The notes under the pieces: generated by a model | Seen by the model: only the letters and a program-made list of their open reading frames with translations | What the model was told of the DNA's origin: nothing | The model's database searches: none | Part shown: positions 12,100 through 24,232 of the stretch, in pieces | How the letters are laid out: the number at the start of each line of letters is the position of its first letter | Position numbering within the stretch: the first letter of the stretch is position 1 | Made by a program: the position numbers and the translations under genes | Assembly (NCBI GenBank): GCA_030704615.1 | Contig: CM060734.1 | Span: 61,628,001 to 61,692,000, forward strand | Reading direction: 5' to 3' | Source of the DNA: Takakia lepidozioides | Lineage: Eukaryota; Plantae; Bryophyta | DNA length: 64,000 nt

Positions 12100-15000
12100 G
12101 AATGAACTGTGGTGCCGCGGAACGCCATGCTTATGCACAACATGGGCGTGGGATGGAGGCTTTGGAGACCTATGAGTAAATGATGGTGGAAGGGGTGAAG
12201 CCTGACCACATCACGTCTGTGTGTTTGCAAGCCTGACAGCCCTGGAAAAGGGCAAAGAGGTGCATGGTTGCATCGCGAAAGCAGGAATTGTACCAGATGT
12301 GATTCTGAACAATACCCTCGTGGACATGTATGCCAAATGTAGGAGGCATTTCAGCAGATTCAGATACGTTTGTCTGTCTCTTGCTTAAGTGCATCAAGAT
12401 GAAAGGTCTGGAAGCTGGAAAGCAAGTGCACACTCACATTATCCAAAGTGGATTCACGCCAAGAGTGATTCACGCAGGGTATGCACAGCAAGGACGTGGT
12501 ATGAAGGCTTTGGAGACCTATGATCAAATGATGGGGGAAGGGGTGAAGCCCAACCACATCACATTTGTGTGTATTTGCGATGCGTGTGCAAGCCTGGCAG
12601 CTCTGGAAAAGGGCGAAAGAGGTCCATGGCGACATTGTCAGAGCTGCAATTGTACCGAGTGTCATTCTGAACAATACCCTCATGGACATGTATGAAGGGA
12701 GTGTTCGACAGTATGGCTGAATGAGATGTGGTGTCGTGGAGTGCAATGATTGCAGGATATGCACAGCAAGGGCGCGAGATGGAGGCTTTGGAGACCTCTG
12801 AGCAAATGATGTGCGAAGGGGTGAAGCCCAACCGCATAACGTCTGTTTGCATTGGCAATGCGTGTGCAAGCCTGGCAGCCCTGGAAAGGTGCAAAGAGGT
12901 CCATGGTGACATCGTCAAATCTGGAATTGTACCCGATGTCATTCTGAACACTGCCCTGTTGGACATGTATGTCAAATGTGAGTGCATCAAGGATTCAAAG
13001 GGAGTGTTCGACAGTATGGCTGAATGAGATGTGGTGTCGTGGAGTGCGATGATTGCAGGATATGCACAGCAAGGATGCGGGATGGAGGCTTTGGAGACCT
13101 ATGAGCAATTGATGTGCGAAGGGGTGAAGCCCAACCGCAACACATTTGTTTGTGTTTGCAATGCGTGTGCAAGCCTAGGAGCTCTGGAAAAGGGGAAAGA
13201 GGTCCATGGTGACATCGTCAAAGCTGGATTTGTACCAGATGTCAACACTACCCTGGTGGACATGTATGCCAAATGTGGGTGCATGAAGGATGCGAAGGGA
13301 GTTTTCAAATGGCTGAACAAGATGTGGTGTCGTGGAACACGATGCTTGCAGGGTATGCACAGTAGGGGCGTGGGATGGAGGCTTTGGAGACCTATGAGCA
13401 AATGATGGGGGAAGGGACGAAGCCCGACCACATCACGTTTGTGTGCATTTGCAATGCGTGTGCAAGCCTGGCAGCCCTGGAAAAGGGCAAAGAGGTGCAT
13501 GGTTGCATCGCCAAAGCTGGAACTGTACCAAGTGTGATCCTAAACACTGCCCTGGTGGACATGTATGCCAAATGTGGGAGCATTGAGGATGTAGAGGGAG
13601 GGTTCAACAGTATGGCCGAACGAGATTTGTTGTCATGGAACGTGATGCTTGCAGGATATGCACAGCAGGGCGTGGGATGGAGGACTTGGAGACCTATGAG
13701 CAAATGATGGGGGAAGGGGTGAAGCGCGACCACATCACGTTTGTGTGCGTGTGCAAGCCTGGCAGCCCTGGAAAAGGGCAAAGAGGTGCATGGTTGCATC
13801 GCCAAAGCTGTGGAGATGTGATTTTGAACAATACCCTCGTGGACATGTATACAAAATGTGGGAGCATTGAGGATGCGGAGGGAGTATTCAACAATATGGC
13901 TGAACGAGATTTGGTGTCATGGAACGCCATGCTTGCAGGGTATGCACAGCAGGGGCGCGGGATGGAGGCCTTGGATCAAACCTTTGAGCAAATGATGGGG
14001 GAAGGGGTGAAATGCAACCACATCATGTTTGTGAGCGTTTGCAATGCTTGTGCAAGCCTGGCAGCCCTGGAAAAGGGCAAAGAGGTCCATGATGGGGGAA
14101 GGGGGGAAGCCCGACCACATCATGTTTGTGTGCATTTGTAATGCTTGTGCAAGCCACATTCATTTGTGTTCTCAATGTTGGTGCCAGCATGGTGGCCTTG
14201 GAGAAGAGCAAAGATATCCATGCTGACATTATCAAAGCTGGAATTTTGTCATACATTAATTGGGAGACTGCCCTTGTTAACATGTATGCCAAATATGGGA
14301 GTGTAAGGGAGGCCTGTCTAGTGTTCAACAATATGGTGGCAGTATATACCAAGCATGGTTGTGGTAGGAATGCCTTCGAGACATATGATCAACTGATATG
14401 GCAAGGGGTGATGCCCTATCAGGTCCAGGCTTGTGCGAGACTGGCAACCCTGGAAAACGGCAAAGAGGTCCATGCTGACATATGAAAGCTGGACTTGTAC
14501 CAAATCTGATTTTGAACAATAGCCTTGTTGACATGTATGCGAAATGCGGGAGCATGAAGGTTGCAAAGAGAGTATTTGTCCTGAACGGGATGTGGTGTCG
14601 TGGAATGCGATGATCACAGGATATGCCCAACATGGGTGTGGGATGGAGGCTTTGGGGACCTATGAGCAAAAGATGCGGAAGCATTCAACAAATTCCAGTT
14701 GTGGTTCTGAGCAATACCCTCGTGGACATGTATGCCAAATGTGGGTGCATCGAGGATGTGGAGGGAGTGTTTGACCATATGGCCAAACGAGTGTGGTAGG
14801 CTTGGAGTGCCATGATCGCAGGATATGCACAGCAGGGGCACGGGATGGAGGCAATGGAGACCTACAAGCAAATGATGTGGGAAGGGGTGAAGCCTGACCA
14901 CATCACGTGTGTTGGTGTTTGCAACGTGTGTGTAAGCCTCGTAGCCTTGGAGAAGGGCAGAGAGGTTCATAGCGACATTGTCAAAGCTGGAATTGTACCA

Positions 15001-15245
15001 GATGTCATTCCGAACAGTGCCCTGGTGGATATGTATGCCAAATGTGGGTGCATTAAAGACGCGAAGGGAGTGTTCGACAATATGGCTAAACGAAATGTGG
15101 AGTCTTGGAGTGCCATGATAGCAGCATGGGTGTGGGATGGAGGCTATGGAGACCTATGAGCAAATGATGCAGGAAAGGGGTGAAGCCAAATCACGTCATG
15201 TTCTTGTGCATTTGCAATGTGTGTGCGAGCCTGGCAGCCCTGGGC
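12100..15245 (+). pseudogene. Tandem array of near-identical degenerate PPR P-L-S triplets (about 303-bp unit)
   Basis: Repeated VVSWSAMIAGYAQQG.GMEALETYEQMMGEGVKP.HITFVC.CNACASLAALEKGKEVHG.I.KAG.VPDVILN.ALVDMYAKCG units, broken by stops, deletions and frameshifts. Confidence 0.9.
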
Positions 15246-15334
15246 ACAGTTATTCATGTTGTAGACAACATAAAGTAGAGGGAGTGCTTGAGAGAGATTC
15301 GTCATTGCATAATGTTACCCTGTTTGTGGCTTAG

Positions 15335-15719
15335 GGTATATATATGCTGGTGGCGGAATTTTCCCGACTCCTCAAATATCTGCCTAAGGCCGTCTGGCGC
15401 TACCGTATGTCTTACATAGGCTTCCATATGTATGCTCTATCAGATCGATACCAACCGAAGCAAGTGGGAAGATTTGGCAGTTGTCTTTGGCATGGTCATT
15501 GGCTACAGACTTATCTTTTTCCTCATGATAAAGTTTACTGAGGATGTGAGCCCGATCCTCCGCTCGCTCCTTGCCAAGCCTGCCCAGGGCTGCCTGACAC
15601 GGAAAAATTTGGCTGTCCAAAACACAATTCGACCCCTCTCTATGACACCATCCCTTGTCCATGATGCTGCTCCGCTGCGGTATTCCATAGGCAAGCGATT
15701 TGGTGCGTCCCCATGCTGA
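15335..15719 (+). pseudogene. Orphan terminal exon of an ABCG half-transporter (ABCG11/WBC11-like)
   Basis: After an ...ttag acceptor: GIYMLVAEFSRLLKYLPKAVWRYRMSYIGFHMYAL, then frameshifted YQIDTNRSKWEDLAVVFGMVIGYRLIFFLMIKFTEDVSP. This matches the ABCG11-type C-terminus with an internal deletion. No upstream exons seen. Confidence 0.75.
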
Positions 15720-17058
15720 TTCTTACAACAAGGAAAAAGTACCTGTCGCTATCTTAGGTAATCTAACAACGGCACCAACAGTGCTGCTGTGAACATGATA
15801 CGGCAGCAATGGTAATGCATGAAAGAGGGTGATTGATGGTTAACACTTCTAGCGGTACTGGAAAATTCATCTGGATCCCATTCACTGGTGGGAATTTGCA
15901 ATAACAAAGCCTCTAGCTGAGAATATTGTTTTCTTTGCTTTTGGTTAGCTCAGTTGTAGAGAGAGCTGGTGCCACAAAGAGTCTGATACAGAAATGTGAG
16001 GTAATTATTCTAGTCTATCAGTGGGGAATCCAGAGATTAATGAAGCGATAAAGGTGGCAGTTACTTGTCCTGCCTCAATCATAGCAACAACCATTACTTC
16101 TAGGTACATAATTTATTGCTACACAAATTGTGTCATTGGCACTTGCTGTGTATTATATTCTGCAGTGAAAAGCCTTGGATGGCTGCTTCTTTTTCCCTTG
16201 TTGAACGGATGGAGTGCAACTGATCTGAGAATGTATTGCAAGAATGCAGTCTGCAATGTAGAGTATGTATGGACAATGTAATGGTGATTCCAGCACTGGA
16301 TTGTGATACTGGCAACTATGAAGTGCGTAGAGAAAGCAGACAGACCAAACTTGGGAAGGAGAAATAAAAGAGAGACCACTGGACCACCTGAGGCTCCTCA
16401 TGATATACTTAGTGCTTCAGAAAATAAATATGGATACTCTAATGCAGGGTGCACTACAATCTCAGATCCTGCTTTCCACCACTGTGAAGATGGGATTTGT
16501 TCTTTGTGGTGATAGGATGTTTTCTTGGAAAGATGCTAGTGTCTGGTGATAGTGGATAGAAATCAGAGTGCTGTCCTAATTTTGGGTTTGGGTGGTGGAG
16601 CTTCTCCAACGCTTGAAGATGGAAGTGAATACGAATTTTAATGAGCTTGATGAGAGGGGCAGCCCTGTGCACGAGTTTGTTCAGCATCTTAAATTTAGAC
16701 ATGTTTGTTTGTTTCTCGTGGTGTGGCTTTGGATGGAGCCCTTGATGAACTTACATGAATATTGTCAAAAGCTAGCGTTAAGCCACCAAGATCCAATCCC
16801 ACGGTGGATGCTTGAAAGTTCATATAGTGAATGTAAGGGTATTTGGGTATGTTGTTATTGATTGATGCGGCTTGTGAAAATTGAACATTGAAATGCAGAT
16901 CCGTCATTTTTCTTCCAGAAAAAAACAAAACACGGGATCTTTGCATGTAACACAGTGGGGATGACCCACCCCTTTTTTCTAAAAAATTGAACGTAGTCAT
17001 CAGAATTCGTCGCTAGTAGTGCAGAGCAACGCGAAGCCCTAGTTTGTTAGTGAACGAC

Positions 17059-17238
17059 TAGACAACCAGCATGTAGCCCAGTGGTAATGGGCACATACCA
17101 CGTTGGATGTGGTTGTGGGTTCAAACCACAGTCTAGTGTGTCATGAAGGTGTCCACCTTTCAACTGGAAGGCAATAGCCCTTGTGGTGAAGAGACACCAT
17201 AAGTACGCTCCCTTCGGGATGCGTCATACTTTTACTTT
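17059..17238 (+). mobile_element. tRNA-derived SINE
   Basis: Pol III A box (tagcccagtgg) and B box (ggttcaaacc), T-rich tail, 12-bp TSD ttagtgaacgac (17047-17058, 17239-17250). A second copy lies at 51902-53390. Confidence 0.85.
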
Positions 17239-18980
17239 TTAGTGAACGACAGTAGGTTATATTCGTCTGATTGAAAGTTCAAGTATTTTGTTGTTTGTTG
17301 TGCATGTGCTACTACTGTTTTTTTTTTCCCTTCAAATTGAACGTTATTTAATACTTTAAAGTAAATTTGGTTGCTAATAAAAAAATATAGTTTTTTTTAG
17401 TATTCAAAATAGGGTGTCTACAAAAAACCCGTATTACAAAATTATGTAATGCAAAAGTACCCAAAAAAAAAAAAAAACCAAATAATACCTCCCAACTATA
17501 CACCCTTTGTTCGCAGATGGTAACAAAATTTTAGAAGGAGTGATCTCCCCGGGATGGGTAATCAGCGAAGAAATTTATTCTGACCTTTATTGTACCTTTG
17601 CATAGGGGTCGAACTTGAAGTTGATGTTGGCTCATGCGGCCAAAGCTCCACTAATGGCTACCATATTTAGGGTTGTGTACTCGAATTAAAGTACAGTCAA
17701 TGGCTAGTGGCCTAATGGTTTTTTTTGTATATTTATGTTCTTTCTCATTCTTATTAATAATAATATAAACCATTCAGACGGAAGTTAGACTCACCTATCT
17801 GAATGCATGTCCGCCATACAGCATAAAACTAGGGCCCTTACATGCCAGGGCTCGGTAGGCTTCTGATTCTCCTCGTGTAGACAAACTCGGCCTCTATTAT
17901 GGACATGCTCACCCAAACATCGATACGTACCTTCATGCAAAAATGAAAACATTGGTTGATTTTAGTAATTGCATTTTAAAAAACAATTGTTGTAGATCAA
18001 GCCCTAAGTCAGCTGATTCCCCTTAGTTGCAGCAAGATGGTGTCTAACCAGTCTGCTCCATGGACTAGATAGATGCGTCAAAACTCTAGGAACCCATTTT
18101 GCAATGAGGGCAGTGATCTGCGATGTGCTTAGGTCAAGCACACCAAGACCTCCATTTTTCTTTTTTTGGCAAAGCTGATCCCAACTAACCAGGGCACTCT
18201 TAAATGGGGAGGCAGGCGAGGCTCTCCAAATAAAATTCCTCATCAGGGATTTTATCTGCTTGATGATAGCAGAGCCTGGAGATCACCACACTATTGCTAC
18301 AAACCACATTGAAGCCAACAACACTGAATTGGTTCACAATCTGCAAGGCTCTGCCGATCACAAAAAGATGCACAGAAGCCCAGTAAGAAAGCTTCATTTT
18401 AAGCTTTGACAGAATTGCAGAGAAACGAAGGTCATCATTCAGATTATTTCCCACCAGGTGACCCCACAGCTCATGCGCTTGCCCATCTTCAGACTTGAAG
18501 CCATCTCAGGCCAAGGTCCAGACCCCAAGTATCGCAGTGCTTGGAGGACGCCGAGTCTGCAATGTGGTTCAGCAGTCCAATGGATTTTTTCCAATTGATT
18601 TTCAGACCAGAGGCTCCACAAAAGGCAACAAGGGAGCTTAGAGTTGAATCGGCATTGGACTTCAGGTTGTTGTCAATGAGCGGGTAGTGTGGTCGGCATA
18701 GAGAGAAGACTTAACAGAAGTAGGACATCCTCAGAAAGAGTTGGGAATAATTAGACCAAGCGAGTCCTGCCTTTTGTCCAGAAGGTGACCAAGCCCATCA
18801 AAAACTATCAAAAACAAAAAGGGGGCCAAAGGACATCATTGTCTCACTGACTTGAATATAGGAAAGGCCTTAGAAACAACACCATCAACCATGACTCTGT
18901 TGGAGGTAGAAGTAAAAAGAATGTTAATCCACTTCAAAAAGTTCACATAGATTCTCACTGCTTGCAGAGCCCCCAAAAGG

Positions 18981-21325
18981 CAGGGTTGCTATTCCGTAAG
19001 CCTGGAGGCATGAGCCCAGAAGCCCGTGAGCCCAGCAGAGGCTCACGCCATGTCAGCATGGAATTCCGAACTTGCAAGGCCTATTTCCGGGAGAGGCGTT
19101 TATTTCTGCGGATTGATTAACCATTTTCAATCATTGTAGATGTCATCTGTTACATCCATTCCATCCATCTGTTTCATCCATTTAGACGTGGTTTACATAC
19201 CAAGTCCTTGCATGCTAAGAAATGGATGAATGTCGTTGTGTTTGAATGGAACATTATTTGGGATGTCCAGGATGAAATAATGGATGAGGATGCATAGTCA
19301 TCTACGTAGATGAATGTGACTACGTTGTGTGTACGTACGTATGTAATCCCGCAACATGTACGCACCCAATAATGCATATGTAATCATAGAGGGAATGAAT
19401 CCAATACAGGCAAGGATGTGGACAAACAGGGAGGGAAGAACAATGGTGGACGTTAGAGGGTTAGTAGGAAGTGTCTTTAAAGGTTGATTGTTTGAGAGGA
19501 TCGGATGGAGTAAGCAGGAAGCGACGCAAGTTTCCTTACCCCTTGGATATGAGTCACCCGATTTCGGCAATATGCAAATACACGATTAATCCAATTTACC
19601 TCTCCTACTTTTGTAAGCTAGCATGCATTCTACATACTAGCCAACCATACCATGCATCACCATTTCAAACAAAATAGGACGCACAACATTTGAAAACCAT
19701 TTCATTTATAAACAAAATTTGTACAACACAAGTCTTTGTAATCGGATTCCTAAGCCGGACTAAGCATGCATTTCCTCCCCCACGAGGATCCAAGGTCGGT
19801 GTCCCCATCAACGCTCCTTCCGCTTTTGAGGTCGCCCTTCGAAAGTTGCAATCGCCTCGGATGCGTTTCCCATTTCTGATGCACGCACCCAAGTTGCTTC
19901 CACTTGATGATATGCCGGCACATATCAGACAACAACGTTTTTTTCTTAAGCAAATATTTTTTTTAAACATTTAAAATTTTTATTTTTTATTTTTCTTACA
20001 AAACAGGTGGACAATGGCCCTCATATTTCGTATGTGCTGGCGCATACAAGAGAAAAGTGTTTTATTTTTTATATATAAAAGATAATAATATTTTTTTAAA
20101 TGTTTTTAATATTGTTTTTAACAAAACAGGGGACAGTGGCCCTCATATGCACCGGCGCATACTAGACAACAGTATTTTTTTTCAAGAACATATTTTTTAA
20201 TTTTTTTAATTTTAATTTTCTATTGTTTCTAATTTCTGTATTACCAAACAAGGGACACTGGCCCTCATATTTTGCCGATGCATACCACACAACAGTGATT
20301 TGTTTTTAAGAACATTTTTTTAATATTTTTTATTTATTGTTGTTTTACTAAACAGGGGACAGTGGCCCTCATATTAGCCCGCGTATATCAGACAACAAGT
20401 GTTTTTTTAATTTTGTTTCTAATTTCTTAATTTTCATTTCTTTTTAAATGTTTTTTAATTTTTGTCTTAACAAACAGGGGACAAGTGGCCCTCATATTTC
20501 ATATGCGCCAGCGCATATCAAACAACAGTGTTTTATTTTTAGATTTTTTTAAATATTTGTTTTCAATTGTTTTAAATTTTTTTTAACAAAACAGGGGACA
20601 GTGGCCCTCATATGCGCGCAGCGCATATCAGACAACCGTGTTTTTTTTTTTTTTTTTCTTAAAATTATTTTTAATTTTTGTCTTACAAAACAGGGGACCG
20701 TGGCCCTCATATTTCGTATGCGCCGGCGCATACCAGACAATAGTGTTTTTTCAAAAACAAAATTATTTGTTTTAATTTTAATTTTTTAATTTTTTAATTT
20801 CTTGGTATACAAAACCGGGGACGGTGGCCCTCATATTTCGTATGCACCGGCGCATACCACACAACAGTTTTTTCTTAAGATTTGTTTTAATTATATATAT
20901 ATATATTCCAAAACAGGGGACAGACCTTTATATTTCGTATGCACTGGCGCATACAAGACAATAGTGTTTTGTTTAAGAAATAAATAAATATTTTTATTTA
21001 ATTTTTAATTTTTAATTGTTTTTTTAAACAAAACAGGGGACAGTTGCCCTCATATTTTGTATGCGCCGGCGCATAACAGACAAGAGTTTTTTTTTTAATA
21101 AAATAAAATAAATAAATAATCTAATTTTTGTTTTTACAAAACAGGAAGTGTGACCCTCATATTGTCATTTTTTGGCTTCCTCGGATATAAGGTCGTTATG
21201 CAGTAATCCGCGGAAATACGTCCCATTTCTTAATGTTTTGACGACCCATCCATTCTCATAATCATATATAATTTATATTATGGGCTCACGATTTCCAGCT
21301 CACCGCTCACGGTTTAGCATCCCTG
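18981..21325. mobile_element. Non-autonomous TIR DNA transposon inserted in the LINE RT
   Basis: TIR cagggttgcta / tagcatccctg (1 mismatch). 9-bp direct repeat cccaaaagg at 18972-18980 and 21326-21334. Confidence 0.85.
19905..21165. repeat. Array of about 10 conserved 55-60 bp units separated by variable AT-rich spacers
   Basis: Unit aaaacaggggacagtggccctcatatttcgtatgcgccggcgcataccagacaacagtg recurs about every 100-125 bp. Confidence 0.9.
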
Positions 21326-23465
21326 CCCAAAAGGGAACTCCAATTAATATTGCTACAGGCCTTCTCGAAGTCCAGCATAAGCATGGCCCAAAGGGCTGGT
21401 TTTCAGATTGAGCCAAGTGAAGGGCTTCATTAGCCAACAAAAATGTTATCCAAGATCATCCTGTTCTTCAAGAATCTAGTCTGCTCAGGTCTAATAAGCT
21501 TTGCCAACAAGGACTGCAATCAAATTGCTAAATTTGCCTTAGCAGTGATTTTGTAAGAAGAGTTCAAAAAAATGATAGGCATGTAGTTAGCGAGACTGTC
21601 TTTGTCACCTTTATTATAGATGAGGGTAATAACCCCTTGAGACATCTGTGAAGCTGACATGATGTCTTTGGCCAAGATGTCATTGGTCATGTTGAGGAAG
21701 TCCTCACCAAGAGTTTCCCAAAGGGCATTGAAGAATTCAACTGGTAAGCCATCAAGTCTTGGGGTTTTGAGAGAACTGAGGGCTTCAGTGGCTTGCAACA
21801 ATTCCAAAGAGAAGAAGGGGCAAAATAAGGAAGTCTACTCCGAGGGAGAAATGACAGAAGCATACGAGCCAAGCACTTCTTCCTTGAAATTTGCATTGGA
21901 AGGACCATCCGGAGTCTTTACGAAAAGACTGCCAAAATGCAAAGTTGTTGTTGTTGCCATTTCCTTGGGCTTAGTGAGGGAGCAGCCATTAGAGATCGGT
22001 AATGGAATGCAGAATAGTGACTCCGTCTTTGTTTGGCCTTCTGGAAAAAATACCCAGTCATTTTCTCGCCCTTCAGTGACCAGTTAACCCCCGCCCTGAT
22101 GTGAACAAACTTATTTTTTTCGTGAGATATAAGAGGGCCAAATTCCGTTTTGCAGTGAGATAGGACTCCATAGTAACAGGGCCAATTCTCCCATTCTCAA
22201 TGCACTGCTGACAATGCCTCAGGCACTTAGTTAGAGATTTTGACGAAGAGATTTTTCCAATAGCTAGAGAACGAGAAAGTGATTGAGCCAGGTTCCTAGT
22301 AGCTTGAAGCTTGCGTAAGAAGGAGATGGTGGGAGTTTTTTTTTTTTTTTTTTCCTAGAAAAGGGAAACACCTGGAGCGACAGCTCACAAAGATCCTGAA
22401 GCAGTCCAAACATTTTTTAACTGTTGGAGATAATCAGCATGTTTCAAAATAGAGGGATTCATCTTGAAATAACCATGACCTCTAGGATGCAATCTAGGAG
22501 GCTTAAACACAACTTGCACAATGCCATGGTCAAAATCCGGGAGAATGGGGACCTGGGGCACACTGTTGGACCAATCAAAGGGCGACTGTGAACAGTACAC
22601 CCTATCAAGCCGAGCCATACAGAGATGCGGAGGCTGTCTTAAATTAAACCAAGTGAACTTCAGACCAGTAGCAATTATATCGGCATAAACATCAACCAGC
22701 CCTCCTGAAAAGCAAAGCAAGTCCCAATCAATTTGCTCAAAATTAGAGAGGGATAGGGAGGCGTGAGGCATCTATCATTGAAACTGTCAACCATATTGAA
22801 GTCACCAGCTATGACCCAATTAGAAACGTGCAGCATACTAAGGACCTTGTTTCTAATGATATCCCAAAGGGTAGCATGTTCAATAGACGGATGTGGGGCA
22901 TAAACGTTGATGAAAGAAACTGGCCAAAGGGGGAAGACGGTTCAATGAGAAGACATCAAACATGGCCTTGAACCCAAATCCGTGACCTCGTGAATTGAAG
23001 AAGCAAGAGTAGGAGAAACCAGGATCGCAGTACCGCCACGAGAGGTTGACAGAGTTGGATTCCACCAAGCCACATGGGATGGCCAAAAAGAAGTACCAAT
23101 GGACCTGATTTTGCAATCATCCAATTTCGTCTCTTGAAAGAAGAACCAGAAGAGGACAAAAGGGAATCAGCCCAAAGCTTGACCCGCCTTCTCCTGGGCA
23201 TATCAGAACCAATATCTCGGATGTTCCATGAGAACAATGATGTCTAATTCATGAAGCAGACAGCCCATGGGAATCACCTCATGATTTGATGGCTAGAAGA
23301 ACTTGGAGATGAAGCAGACAACAAGATAAGGGTACGGGGATGGAGGTCTCGTCCAGTAAGGTCTGTCCTGGCAAAGGATGGAGGAGGTCGAAGAACCAAG
23401 TCCACCAGGGGAATGAAAGGTAGGTCTCGCAGGCATGATTGTGGATGTTCAAATATGAATAAAGC

Positions 23466-24232
23466 ATGCTTCTCATTGCTTGATAATAGCGATATCAATG
23501 CGGGCACGTGTGGTTGCGGCGGGGCCCGCATGTGGGAGAGGGGGTCGCGATGGGTGTGGCGCCCCCTACCCGGCGGGGTCAGTCTGCTCGGGTGAGCTGC
23601 CCCGGGGCGCAGGGGAAGCGATAGGGGGGAGTTTGTCTATTGGGCCCACAAAACACCTGAAATATGTAGATAAATAATTGTTTCAAGGGTTTATAGAAAG
23701 CAGCGGGTAGTGTGGTGGTAAAGAGCAATTTGTGATGAACGTGAGGTTTGGTATTCAAATCCTAGCAGGTGATATTGTGGTGGTAATGTGTGTTAATTAT
23801 AAATATATATTTTGTTTGAGGAGAGTCTGAAGGTTGGAGTTAGGTGCCGCCAGTTGGTCAGTCTGCTCGCCGGTCAGTCCGCTTGTCGCTCGCCAGTCTG
23901 CTGGTGAGTCCGCTCACCAGTCTGCCGGACTAAGTCAGTCCGCTCGCCAATTGCCAGTTCGCTCACCAGTCTGCCGGTCAGTCCGCTCGCCAATTGTCAG
24001 TCTGCTGGTCAGTCCGCACGCCAGTTGGAGTCAGTCTGCTGGAGGAATCAGTCTCTTGGAGGGTCTGGCCAGTCCGCTAGAAGGTCCACCGCCGTTAAAG
24101 AACTAGGACTTAGAAAAAATTCAGAATCTAGACCTGGTGAAAGGGGGGTGGGTTCATGAGCTCACCCCATGGGCCGTACTGGCGGGGGCCATAGGCGCAT
24201 TGAAATCGCTATTATCCTATAATGAGAGGCAT
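23466..24232. mobile_element. Probable MITE with about 37-bp imperfect TIRs and internal cagtccgctcgc-type tandem repeats
   Basis: atgcttctcattgcttgataatagcgatatcaatgcg (23466-23502) is inversely repeated at 24196-24232. Short tandem repeats at 23850-24080. No clear TSD. Confidence 0.55.

Larger units (their letters stand above)
8340..12100 (+). pseudogene. Degenerate PLS-class PPR fragments with E/E+ domain remnants
   Basis: VSWIAIIVG, LVHMYAKCGSLVDARKMF and VVSWNAMIAGY motifs. E-domain text YVLLSNIYAAAGRWDDTAKVRRMITVRGVRKEPG at about 11810-11920. A second E-like remnant (KTRKLMEDRSLKKVAGRSS) at about 11030-11100. Many stops and frameshifts. Confidence 0.85.
18000..23240 (-). mobile_element. 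Degenerate L1-like LINE ORF2 (endonuclease + RT), interrupted by a DNA element
   Basis: Endonuclease: FSWNIRDIG, RGGTAIL, ARLDRVY. RT: KTPRLDGLPVEFF, ANYMPIIFLNSSYKITAK, and LVSWDQLCQKKKNGGLGVLDL in the distal part. Confidence 0.9.

Noticed and set aside
17070-17135. tRNA gene
   Set aside because: A and B boxes are present, but I could not form a cloverleaf; TSD, tail and a second copy indicate a SINE.
19905-21165. CRISPR array
   Set aside because: Eukaryotic context, no cas genes, degenerate repeats and low-complexity T-rich spacers; it lies inside a TIR transposon.
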